From IMG/VR virus record IMGVR_UViG_3300003332_000015, positions 18,576 to 82,575 of that record: 64,000 bases of DNA; one strand, given 5' to 3'. How positions within the stretch are numbered: position 1 is the first letter of the stretch; each line of letters begins with the position of its first letter. The translations under genes and the position numbers were made by a program. The stretch is from a virus (Duplodnaviria > Heunggongvirae > Uroviricota > Caudoviricetes). This document shows positions 9,642 to 18,223 of the stretch, one piece after another. The notes beneath the pieces are model-generated. The model worked only from the letters and a program-made list of their open reading frames with translations. It searched no databases and was not told where the DNA came from.

Positions 9642-9770
9642 TTATTTTTTATTTTTTTCCTTCATAACTTTTTTTAAATAGTTTAGTCTATTTCTAATAA
9701 TATGACTAGGCATCTTCATATAGTCTTCATAAGTATCAGAAAAACTACTATAACAAAGAGTACTAATCAT
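9642..9770 (-). CDS. Small 42-aa ORF; probable tail-chaperone T-like extension
   Basis: Hand-translated MISTLCYSSFSDTYEDYMKMPSHIIRNRLNYLKKVMKEKNKK. Its frame is open upstream across the end of 9784..10740. Confidence 0.55.
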   Translation of the reverse strand: MISTLCYSSFSDTYEDYMKMPSHIIRNRLNYLKKVMKEKNKK

Positions 9771-9783
9771 TTGATTAAAAATA

Positions 9784-10740
9784 TTAAGGGTCCATGGACG
9801 GTAAGAAATCCATAAATCGAAAAAGGAAACTCCGAGTTATGTCTTCACCTGTTAAAGGTGATTTCACTTTGATTTCATGTTCTATACCAAACTTCACATT
9901 ATCTTTTAAGTAAGTATTATAGTCTTTCCATACTGTTAAAGGTATTGTAGAATACTCTTCAATAGCTTCTTCAGCACTAACATCAACTTCATCAATTTGA
10001 CTTATTAATTGTATCTGTTGTTGCCTAGCAAAAAACTTTAATCTTTCAATTTGATACTTTTTAAACTTTCTCATTTTAGAAGGAGATATCTTATAATCTA
10101 AAGGTTTCCCTTGTTCCATAAGAAATTCATTATGTTTTAATTGTTGTTCTAATTCAGAGTATTCATCTTCCTCTTCAATAAACTTATCTTCAGTTAATTC
10201 TTTTGCTATTAAAGTTTGTCCTATCCTAGGTAAAATAAAACCGTATGTTCTACCATCAGACTCATCAGTAATAGTTATAGGAGTATTTAAACTAGATAAC
10301 ATTTTAGTTTTTATTTGAGAAGTTCTTATTGATACTACTAATTTTTCACCACCAGTAGATAGAGCATCTTGTCTTTTTTTAGATACTGTTTTAAGTTCTT
10401 CTTCTGTTGGCATATAAGGATACTCTAAGTAATCTTGCCAAAAGTTAAAATAAATGTTTAACATTATTTCTTCTATGTCTTGTTCATGTAAAGTACTAGC
10501 ATCAACATCCTCATAAATCATGTTATTTAATACTGTTAGTAATGATTCAAGAATAGTGTCCTCAGTAGACATTGCTAGATCAAGAGCATCTTGTCCTGAA
10601 TAGTTTCTTACATGTATTTTAGAAGGATAACCTAGTTGACCATTAGAACTTAATTTAATAGGTAAATAACTTTTAGGTATCCCTTTACTTTTTTCTTTTT
10701 TAATTACTTTTTTTTCATCTCCAACAAAAATATCACTCAT
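9784..10740 (-). CDS. Baseplate hub assembly / tail assembly chaperone (T4 gp26/gp51-like)
   Basis: PIKLSSNGQLGY...IHVRNYSGQDALDL and LHEQDIEEIMLNI pattern; lies between tube genes and tape measure. Confidence 0.6.
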   Translation of the reverse strand: MSDIFVGDEKKVIKKEKSKGIPKSYLPIKLSSNGQLGYPSKIHVRNYSGQDALDLAMSTEDTILESLLTVLNNMIYEDVDASTLHEQDIEEIMLNIYFNFWQDYLEYPYMPTEEELKTVSKKRQDALSTGGEKLVVSIRTSQIKTKMLSSLNTPITITDESDGRTYGFILPRIGQTLIAKELTEDKFIEEEDEYSELEQQLKHNEFLMEQGKPLDYKISPSKMRKFKKYQIERLKFFARQQQIQLISQIDEVDVSAEEAIEEYSTIPLTVWKDYNTYLKDNVKFGIEHEIKVKSPLTGEDITRSFLFRFMDFLPSMDP

Positions 10741-10761
10741 TTTTATATCCTTTATTTATTT

Positions 10762-11301
10762 TTATACTATAGGTATTGGTACAGCACTACTTCTAATTAT
10801 TTGATCAACTGTAAAATTGCATATTACAGTTTTATTTTCACTTGTATCATATGTTAAATCTATATTTTCAATTCCTGTTATCATCATATTCATAAATCTA
10901 TATGAATATGTACTTTCACCATTAGTAGGAATTAATATATCTGATCTCGTATATTTAAAGAAAGTTACTGTTGCTTGTTTAACATAACTTCCGCCTGTTT
11001 TAAATTTACGAGTCTTTTGATCATAAATATTACCCATCCATTTTTCCATAAATTTCATAACAGTGAAATCAGCTGTTTCATTAAACTCTATAGAAAAGTC
11101 CTCTTCAGGTTCAAATTTCATTAGTACTTTATGACCACTATTTCTAGTTTCTGTTTCAAATTTTAAAAGAGGTATAGTAGTACTTTTAATGAGAAATCTA
11201 ATACTAGGTTCATCATCAAAATAAAATTCCCATAAATTAGGATTCCAATATTCTTTCTGTAATTCAAACAATGTTTCATTAATAGGTTTAAAAAATGCCA
11301 A
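10762..11301 (-). CDS. Tail tube-like protein (gp19/gp54 paralog)
   Basis: NPNLWEFYF...IKSTTIP...FMEKWMGNIY...IENIDLTYD tube fold pattern; TTG start with AGGAGG SD. Confidence 0.6.
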   Translation of the reverse strand: MAFFKPINETLFELQKEYWNPNLWEFYFDDEPSIRFLIKSTTIPLLKFETETRNSGHKVLMKFEPEEDFSIEFNETADFTVMKFMEKWMGNIYDQKTRKFKTGGSYVKQATVTFFKYTRSDILIPTNGESTYSYRFMNMMITGIENIDLTYDTSENKTVICNFTVDQIIRSSAVPIPIV

Positions 11302-11318
11302 AATAAAACCCTCCTATT

Positions 11319-11331
11319 ATTATATTAGTAA
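11319..11331 (-). promoter_or_regulatory. Putative late promoter inside RBS-occluding hairpin
   Basis: Exact motif flanked by AACCCTC/GAGGGTT. Confidence 0.7.
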
Positions 11332-11379
11332 TAATACAGAGGGTTCAAAACTTTTTATATAAACTTGTTTAAATAAACT

Positions 11380-11790
11380 TTATAACATGTTACTTGCTTT
11401 TTCTAAATACTCACATACACCCATTAAAATCTCTTCACGTATAGTATTATCAACTAGTAGATCTTCAACTCCCATATCAACTGCAAAACCTATATCTTGA
11501 GCTAAGTCATATGGAGACATAGGACCATAAAGTGCTAAGTTAGAAATTCCTGTAGATATTGGACTAAGTTTTCTAATATCAAAATTCTCATCTAATATTT
11601 TTATCTTGTCACCTTTCTCAAGAATGGTATTCCCAATAGGAGTGTCTTGTGTAATCTCAATAGTAAGACTATCTTCTTTCTTTTTATCTTTCTTACCAAC
11701 TTTTTTCTTACACGATACACAATACCCAGTCTGTATTAGATACTTACTACCACAGTCAGGACATTTTGCTGTTTTACTTGCTTCTCTCAT
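11380..11790 (-). CDS. Hypothetical protein: CxxC..CxxC zinc ribbon plus shared ILExGDKI module
   Basis: CPDC/CVSC; LTIEITQDTPIGNTILEKGDKIKILDE at 11587-11667. Confidence 0.6.
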   Translation of the reverse strand: MREASKTAKCPDCGSKYLIQTGYCVSCKKKVGKKDKKKEDSLTIEITQDTPIGNTILEKGDKIKILDENFDIRKLSPISTGISNLALYGPMSPYDLAQDIGFAVDMGVEDLLVDNTIREEILMGVCEYLEKASNML

Positions 11791-11801
11791 AATATTTTTC
11801 C

Positions 11802-12323
11802 TTAAATTATGTTATCATCTAATGCTAAGAAACCAAAAGTTACATTAACAATAATTGGATCACCACTACTATAATCAAAACTAATGTCTCCAACTGTCAT
11901 TGGAAAACAACCTTTAAAATTCCAACTACCAAAACCTGGTATAGGAATATTCTCTGGAGTAACTGCCCAAACTGTCATGTTTACTCTGTTGTTTGAAAGT
12001 ACATTATCAGGAGCAATAACTCCTGTATAACTATTTGCTACTTTATTTTTCCAAGCTACTAACCCTTTATATACAAGCCAGTTTCTATCAACTCTTAAAT
12101 CAAAACTAAATTCATTCGGTGCTTCAATCTTACCAGAAGGTTTTGTGATCTTCTGTGTTTTATGATGAACCTCATAAGTACTCGTCCCTGTTGCAGGAAC
12201 AGTAAAGTTTTGAATTCTTAAAAGAGTAGAAGTAATGTCGTCTATAAATGCTATAGGTTCAATTGATACATCAAATAAATTCGATAGTGCATCATCCCCC
12301 ATTTGATAAATTTTATCTACCAT
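11802..12323 (-). CDS. Tail tube protein (gp19-like)
   Basis: RIQNFTVP...FSFDLRVD...WNFKGCFPMTVGDISFDYSSGDPI motif; downstream of the sheath. Confidence 0.8.
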   Translation of the reverse strand: MVDKIYQMGDDALSNLFDVSIEPIAFIDDITSTLLRIQNFTVPATGTSTYEVHHKTQKITKPSGKIEAPNEFSFDLRVDRNWLVYKGLVAWKNKVANSYTGVIAPDNVLSNNRVNMTVWAVTPENIPIPGFGSWNFKGCFPMTVGDISFDYSSGDPIIVNVTFGFLALDDNII

Positions 12324-13264
12324 TAGTATATCTCCTTATTCTGTATATTAATATTAGTAAAAATTTCATCAAAAGGAATATTTTTATTTTGTTTTATTCT
12401 TAAAAAAGTATAATCCTTTAATTCATTACTACTCATAATTTTATTTTGTCGTTCTTGGTCTTTCTTTTTAAGTTGACCTTTTGCTGTAAAATGGTATGAC
12501 TCATCCCATTCCATAATTAATTTTAAATCATTATTAACATAATCTAAAAAATATCTATCTTTAGTACAGTACTCTTTACCTTTATTTCCGTATTGTCCAT
12601 TGGTGTTTAATCTTTCATCAAAGTAATCAAAAAATTCACAAGCGTAATGATTAAAACGTCCACCACCTTTAAGGTTAAGTTTTCGTTCCTTAGCTTTTTT
12701 TATACCCGATATTTCCTCATAAGTTTTACCTTTTTTGGCTTTACTCATTTTAAGTTTTATTTCTTGTGCTTTTTCAGAACCATACTCTTCTTCCATAGAT
12801 ACACCTTTTCTTTTAGTGTTTCTACCAAAAAGAGTTTTGGAAATTTTATTACGAACCTCTAATTTTTTAGCTGAATTATTTTTACCTTTTTGTCTTTCAG
12901 ACTGTTTTCTTTTAAATTCTTCTGTGTGTTTAGGGACTTTTATTAATCCTTGTTCCCTTAAACTAGTTTTATATTCTTCAGTACAAATTCTTGAACAAGT
13001 TTTATAATATCCTATTTTATAACTTTCATATACTACATTACCTTGACCACAAATTAAACATTTTTTATTTGTTTTTATATCATTAAGTATACAATAAATT
13101 CTCTCACCTATTCTTGATTCACTAGATAAAAAATGAGTTTCTTTATAAATTTCTTTTAGTCTTTCTTCAAAATTATTTCGTAAATATTTAGGGAGACCTG
13201 CATTGATACTCCCTGTTCGAGTAAAAGTATGTTTATCTGTTAAAAGAAACTCTTTAATAGTCAC
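12323..13264 (-). CDS. Putative homing endonuclease (N-terminal Zn/helical domain, NUMOD3, C-terminal Vsr/DUF559-like PD-(D/E)xK domain)
   Basis: ERIYCILND...CLICG...CSRIC; HTEEFKRKQS; YFLDYVN..LIMEWDESYH...KDQERQ...FLRIK. Inserted between sheath and tube. Confidence 0.7.
   Translation of the reverse strand: MTIKEFLLTDKHTFTRTGSINAGLPKYLRNNFEERLKEIYKETHFLSSESRIGERIYCILNDIKTNKKCLICGQGNVVYESYKIGYYKTCSRICTEEYKTSLREQGLIKVPKHTEEFKRKQSERQKGKNNSAKKLEVRNKISKTLFGRNTKRKGVSMEEEYGSEKAQEIKLKMSKAKKGKTYEEISGIKKAKERKLNLKGGGRFNHYACEFFDYFDERLNTNGQYGNKGKEYCTKDRYFLDYVNNDLKLIMEWDESYHFTAKGQLKKKDQERQNKIMSSNELKDYTFLRIKQNKNIPFDEIFTNINIQNKEIY
12351..12360 (-). promoter_or_regulatory. Putative late promoter (core TTACTAATAT)
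   Basis: Upstream of tail tube, inside the 3' end of the endonuclease gene. Confidence 0.6.
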
Positions 13265-13267
13265 TTA

Positions 13268-14809
13268 CTATACGCCTATGACTTCACTCAAAATGGTGGT
13301 CTGTCCCACATTTACGAATTCAAGTACTATTCTTTCTGAATAAGGTGTTACTTGTATTCCAAGTGTATAAACAAATTTTCTAGCTGCTCTAGCTGCTCCG
13401 TCATTATTGTTTAAATCACATTGGATAATATAATCTGATAAAAGACCCGATGCTAAAATAGGATCCATTAAAGTTTCACCTTTTGAAACAGCTAGTCTTC
13501 TATGTAATTCGTCATTAAGTTTTACTATTTGATAAGTAAGTACACCTTTTAACATGTTAGAAATAATATAATCAAAAAGTCTTGCATGAGCAATCCAACT
13601 TGTATCTGATAATGAAAGAGGTGATTGTGCTGTTCTTTGTGATGTTATCATAACACCATAACTTGCATACTGTACAATAGGATTTATTCCAGCTTCATCT
13701 AATGATTGTAGAGTTGCCTCACTAGGATCGTATTCCATCTGTACAATACCAGCACCTAATTGTCCACCATGTTTATTTTCATCGATCCATGCTGGAGCAC
13801 CACCATTAAATATATTTGTCATCTGTGCATATTTTACACCAACTCTTCCAATTAAAGAAGTCCAAAAGTATGAGTTGTTATAAGTGTCTTTTACTTTTGC
13901 ATGATTCCAATAAAAAGCTAATCCTTTATTATTTATACTAAAACCATCTTTAGTTGTAATAGAAGATGCCGCATCTGAACCTGCTGGTAAAGCTAAAATA
14001 TAAGAAGCATACTTTTGGTATGTACTTCTTAATGTATCAAACAAAGCTTCTACACCAGCTATTGCTGTAGGATCCATAAATATGTCTGCTTTATATGTAT
14101 TTGACTGTTGAAAAAATGCCCAACCTAATGTTAACTCAGTTATTGTAATTGTTGCACCTCTGGCTCCATCTGAAAAAGCAACTTCAGCAGTGTCGTCAGT
14201 AAAAGATGTTATTGCTGATAGTGGATTAACTACTGCTTGAATATAATCATCACCATCTAATACATCTAATATATATATATTTTTTCCAAATCCATCTTTT
14301 GCTCCTACTACTAAAGACACATCATATGTTTCTATTAATACACTATCTTTATATAACTTTATAGTAAAAACCGAATTAGTATCATTATAAGATACTAATA
14401 CACCTAAGTCATCTACATATGGACTAGCTGCTGCAATAACGAAATGGTCTGTTACTAATGGAAAAGTAAAATCTTCAATTGTTGAAGGATCTTCACCTGC
14501 ACCAAAAACTGCTGATCCAGCATCAGATACTAAAACTCCACCTAATAATGCTGTTGCATCGTAAGGAGCTGATATCCATAAACCTGACTGTTTGTTATAC
14601 TGTATTGCTTCCCATACATCAGGGTAAGCTACAGATGGTTTACCAAATAAATCAATTATTCTTTTTTCTTGACCGGCATCTACGAAGATAGGAGTAGCTC
14701 CCCCTTTCCCGGCTCTTATTGTCATTGCACCAACAGATCCTTCTGTACCAATTACGGTAGAAGACTTGTCTATTTTGTCAACTGTTAATCTCCAACTATT
14801 TGAAGGCAT
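13268..14809 (-). CDS. Tail sheath protein (gp18-like)
   Basis: LDEAGINPIV...QRTAQ..LSDTSWIAHARL...YIIQCDLNNN...IQVTPYSERIVLEF C-terminal sheath motifs. Confidence 0.9.
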   Translation of the reverse strand: MPSNSWRLTVDKIDKSSTVIGTEGSVGAMTIRAGKGGATPIFVDAGQEKRIIDLFGKPSVAYPDVWEAIQYNKQSGLWISAPYDATALLGGVLVSDAGSAVFGAGEDPSTIEDFTFPLVTDHFVIAAASPYVDDLGVLVSYNDTNSVFTIKLYKDSVLIETYDVSLVVGAKDGFGKNIYILDVLDGDDYIQAVVNPLSAITSFTDDTAEVAFSDGARGATITITELTLGWAFFQQSNTYKADIFMDPTAIAGVEALFDTLRSTYQKYASYILALPAGSDAASSITTKDGFSINNKGLAFYWNHAKVKDTYNNSYFWTSLIGRVGVKYAQMTNIFNGGAPAWIDENKHGGQLGAGIVQMEYDPSEATLQSLDEAGINPIVQYASYGVMITSQRTAQSPLSLSDTSWIAHARLFDYIISNMLKGVLTYQIVKLNDELHRRLAVSKGETLMDPILASGLLSDYIIQCDLNNNDGAARAARKFVYTLGIQVTPYSERIVLEFVNVGQTTILSEVIGV

Positions 14810-14848
14810 TGTATATTTCTCCTTTACTAATATTTTTTATATTGTGTT

Positions 14849-14861
14849 ATTATATTAGTAA
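14849..14861 (-). promoter_or_regulatory. Putative late promoter
   Basis: Exact motif upstream of the sheath. Confidence 0.7.
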
Positions 14862-14876
14862 ACAAATTGTTAATTT

Positions 14877-15578
14877 TTAGAAGTCTAACTCAACTTCATC
14901 AGTTAAATGATTAATTACAAATTCTAAAGCTTCATCATAATTATCAGTATCAAAATTATATGCTGAAGCAAAATTAAATACTAATGTTTCTGGTATAGTG
15001 ATATCTGTATTTGCTATTAAATTAAATGTTTCTATCTCTATATCTAAAGAAGAAGAATGTATCTTATTTCTTTCTAACCAATCGTTCTCATTATATTGTG
15101 GTTCAAATGACATTCCTGTATAACTTAAATGAGCTGCATATGAAACATCTTCGACATCAACAGTTACATAAGGTGCTAAAATAGTTTTATTATTTGCATC
15201 CCATGTTACATTTGTAAAAGCATATTTATTATCAAAAGAAGTGTGTGACCAAAAAGATACATCATAACTTAAAACCATTGGAGCAAATCTTATTTTAGTT
15301 TCTAAAGCATCAATATAAACACCAGTACTATAAGCTCCAGGATGCCATCTTGAGGCATGACCTAAGTCTATATCTTTGAGTTTAAAATTTAAAAATGGTA
15401 ATTCTAAATTACCTTTGTTTTGATCACTTCGTTTTCTAAAAGCATACTCATTAGAAGAGTATATAACACGAGTTTGGTCTCCTCCAAAAAACATATTTGC
15501 AAAATGTGTTATTAAAGTAAGATCAACCGCATATATAGTATTTAAAAAACTAGGATCATCATAATATCTTTGTGCCAT
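14877..15578 (-). CDS. Probable tail completion/terminator (gp15-like)
   Basis: Precedes the sheath; LELPFLNF...FAPMVLSYDVSFW pattern. Confidence 0.5.
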   Translation of the reverse strand: MAQRYYDDPSFLNTIYAVDLTLITHFANMFFGGDQTRVIYSSNEYAFRKRSDQNKGNLELPFLNFKLKDIDLGHASRWHPGAYSTGVYIDALETKIRFAPMVLSYDVSFWSHTSFDNKYAFTNVTWDANNKTILAPYVTVDVEDVSYAAHLSYTGMSFEPQYNENDWLERNKIHSSSLDIEIETFNLIANTDITIPETLVFNFASAYNFDTDNYDEALEFVINHLTDEVELDF

Positions 15579-15596
15579 TGTTTACCTTAAAATAAT

Positions 15597-15935
15597 TTAT
15601 ATTCTTACCTTATCAAGAGTATAAATAAAATGAGCTATTAATTCTTCTTTAGCTTCTTTTATCATATCATTTATATTTCTATGACCAAATTCTTTAGCAT
15701 CTGCATCAGTAAAATTTTGTTTTGTCTTATATGAATACTGACCAAAAGCTAACATAATATTCTGTATATGTTCAACAACAGAAACATTGTTATCATCATA
15801 CATTAAATAAATAAATTCTTCTTTAAGTTTTTTTGATTCTGTAAGAATTTTTATTTTGTCCCCAGGTTCAAGAATGTTTTCACCTATTTTAATTTCTTGT
15901 GTTATTTCAATTAAATCTTTATCAACTTTTCTCAT
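15597..15935 (-). CDS. Small late protein with N-terminal ILExGDKI module
   Basis: LIEITQEIKIGENILEPGDKIKILTE; late-promoter motif and AAGGAG upstream. Confidence 0.65.
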   Translation of the reverse strand: MRKVDKDLIEITQEIKIGENILEPGDKIKILTESKKLKEEFIYLMYDDNNVSVVEHIQNIMLAFGQYSYKTKQNFTDADAKEFGHRNINDMIKEAKEELIAHFIYTLDKVRI

Positions 15936-15950
15936 TATAATCTCCTTACT

Positions 15951-15959
15951 ATATTAGTA
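15951..15959 (-). promoter_or_regulatory. Putative late promoter (core TACTAATAT)
   Basis: Upstream of 15597..15935. Confidence 0.6.
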
Positions 15960-16490
15960 TTTAAATATTGTGTATCCTACACTAACAGAAAAAGTAATAT
16001 CTAAATTATAATAGATACCTATATTAAACTTTTCTAATATAATAGTATTTATACCTATTCCTATTGTTGGTAAGGAGTAAATTCCATCAGGATTATTATG
16101 TTTATAAGTTAGCATAGGACTAAGAGATATAATCTCTGTTTTCATAAACTCTTTTAATTCTTTAGATAAGTCTGTAATACGTTTTTCAAGTACTTCTATA
16201 TTTGGTAATAACTTGTCATCAATACGTGTTGTAAGAGCATCTATGGTGTCTTGCTGTGTCAATGTGATGTCATACACTACATCATACTCTTCTTGTAATG
16301 TCTTATTATTGTCTAATGACTCACTTAAATTATCTTCAGCTTCCAAATATAAATTAGTCATTATGATGTAAGCATTTTTAAGATCAAAATAATCATTAGG
16401 TACACTTAATTCATACTCACCAATATTAATAACTTCTTGTGTAAATACAAAAGAAGTTAAAAATATAAATAAAATTAAAAATTTTTTCAT
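15954..16490 (-). CDS. Secreted coiled-coil protein with C-terminal beta-strand anchor (possible non-lipoprotein outer spanin)
   Basis: Signal-peptide-like MKKFLILFIFLTSFVFTQE, heptad coiled coil, terminal amphipathic beta strands ending ...FSVSVGYTIFKY. Confidence 0.45.
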   Translation of the reverse strand: MKKFLILFIFLTSFVFTQEVINIGEYELSVPNDYFDLKNAYIIMTNLYLEAEDNLSESLDNNKTLQEEYDVVYDITLTQQDTIDALTTRIDDKLLPNIEVLEKRITDLSKELKEFMKTEIISLSPMLTYKHNNPDGIYSLPTIGIGINTIILEKFNIGIYYNLDITFSVSVGYTIFKY

Positions 16491-17080
16491 TATTGATTCT
16501 TATAACTGTCGTAAACAGAAAGACCAGTTCTTCTATATACTTCATCAGAAAAATCTTTCCATTGATCTTTGTCTTGAATATCTGTTATAAATTGTGTCCA
16601 ACCCATATCAAGTAAAGCATCCCATGCAACATCGTTATCTAATAAAACAGCTTCAAGTCTTTTAACATTACCAGCAGCTATATCAGTTATAACATAACCA
16701 CTAAATCCTGAATTCCATTTAGCTTTTTCTTTTAGTATTTTAACTTTGTCACCTTTTTCTAAAATAAAACTACCAATTTTTATGTCTTCGGTAATTGTTA
16801 TTAAATCTTCTTTTTTAATTTCTTTTTCAATTCTCATTATCTTTTCCTCCCACGGCATTCTTGGAAATGTATCTTTATAATCGACTACTTCATCCCACTC
16901 ACAATTTCTTTTTAAAAACGATAGAATAAGTCCTTTATTCCTATTTGCTTTTAAATCAATTACTGCTTTTCTTATTACTTTAGTATCATTACAATCAAAA
17001 TTGTATACTCTTCCATTAATATTTAATTTAAGTGAGTAATCTGTATAGACTAAAATATCTACATTAAATGGACTATCCAT
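16490..17080 (-). CDS. Hypothetical protein with internal ILExGDKV module and probable internal start at 16837
   Basis: LITITEDIKIGSFILEKGDKVKILKE; GGAGG (16846-16850) lies 8 nt before ATG 16837. Confidence 0.6.
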   Translation of the reverse strand: MDSPFNVDILVYTDYSLKLNINGRVYNFDCNDTKVIRKAVIDLKANRNKGLILSFLKRNCEWDEVVDYKDTFPRMPWEEKIMRIEKEIKKEDLITITEDIKIGSFILEKGDKVKILKEKAKWNSGFSGYVITDIAAGNVKRLEAVLLDNDVAWDALLDMGWTQFITDIQDKDQWKDFSDEVYRRTGLSVYDSYKNQ

Positions 17081-17426
17081 CTATGTTCTTCTTTAGTATA
17101 TCAGCAACAGTCTTTTTTCTATTTGCCTGTTGATCTTCAATACTTTTAGTACTATCTTTTACACTGTCAACTTTTGCTTTACTTACTTTCAGTATTTTTT
17201 TATGTTCAATACTTTTTTCTTTAATAAGTTGAACTTCCTTACTCATTGCTTGTCTAATTTCTTTAGATGTTTCTACTTCTTTCTTAGCATCTTTAATCTT
17301 TTGTTTAGCCTTCTTTACATCTTCAGAATCTAACAAAGATAGATTATTCTTAACATACATAATCCCTAAAATAGAAACTATGATAAGACTTATTACTTCA
17401 ATAATTTTAATAATAGTTTTCTTCAT
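17073..17426 (-). CDS. N-terminal TM plus coiled coil (inner-spanin-like)
   Basis: IIEVISLIIVSILGIMYV TM helix followed by a Lys-rich coiled coil; ATG directly abuts the late-promoter motif. Confidence 0.5.
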   Translation of the reverse strand: MKKTIIKIIEVISLIIVSILGIMYVKNNLSLLDSEDVKKAKQKIKDAKKEVETSKEIRQAMSKEVQLIKEKSIEHKKILKVSKAKVDSVKDSTKSIEDQQANRKKTVADILKKNIDG

Positions 17427-18099
17427 ATTATATTAGTAACAAGATTAACTTTTTTAGGTCTACCAAATGTCCATCCATTATTTAAATAATTTTGTAAATC
17501 AGTTAGTTTAACAATCTTTCCAATACAATCTTTATTTATATATCGTCTCCCTTTATTTACAGCAGGTTTCCTTCTCTTACTTTCTGACATATGTCTTTTA
17601 CTTTCAGAACTCCGCTTTTTACCTTTAAGAGCTATAGATAACCTTTGTCTTGTCATAGTCTTGTCATATCACTAACTATTCTTCCTTTCTGAGATTCTGA
17701 TATCTTATGTTTATGTTCTTCACTCATATGTTTATTATAGTAATGATGATTTTTACCTTTTTTAGCTTCTGATATTTTTTTACGTGTTTCAATAGTACAT
17801 GGTGGTTTATCTTGACGTAACCTAGCGTGCTGTTTAGAGGTTAACTTAGGAGAATATTTTACATTTTTTGACATAAACATAAAAGCATAAGTCATTGACC
17901 CTCCATAAATCTTCCAAAGAATTAGATGAGCAATGAAATGTTCTCTTGCTGTAAGACGAATTATATTTTCAGGTTCATCACTTCCACCTAAAGCTCTAGG
18001 TATGATATGGTGTTTTTCTGTATAAGTATCTTTTGGGATTTTTCTTAATTTTCTTGAATCGATAAATTTGTCGTATCTAATTTTATGAATAGAATTCAT
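17423..18099 (-). pseudogene. HNH-NUMOD3 homing endonuclease split by an 11-bp tandem duplication
   Basis: HNH core in 17653..18099 and NUMOD3/C-terminal tail in 17423..17656; GTCTTGTCATA is duplicated at 17647-17668. Confidence 0.8.
17427..17439 (-). promoter_or_regulatory. Putative late promoter, leaderless
   Basis: Exact motif abutting ATG 17426. Confidence 0.7.
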
Positions 18100-18152
18100 T
18101 GTACTAACCTTTTTAATTTTTAAGTCACTTCAATGACTGTTAATATATTATT

Positions 18153-18210
18153 AAAAGTTAGGGGAGAAGGTTAATCTCCCCAACAGGTTGAAGCCTGATG
18201 TCCCCATTTT
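18153..18210 (-). ncRNA. Putative structured RNA element, copy 2
   Basis: GGGGAC ATCAGG[CTTCAA]CCTGTT GGGGAGA[TTAACCT]TCTCCCC TAAC. The loops are complementary to leader loop TTGAAG (18128-18133) and to the RBS AAGGTTA (18105-18111). Confidence 0.7.
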
Positions 18211-18223
18211 TTACTTTTTTTAA

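Noticed and set aside
18153-18210. Hammerhead ribozyme (CTGATG on the plus strand of element 2)
   Set aside because: The CUGAUGA/GAAA core is incomplete and not conserved in copies 1 and 3.
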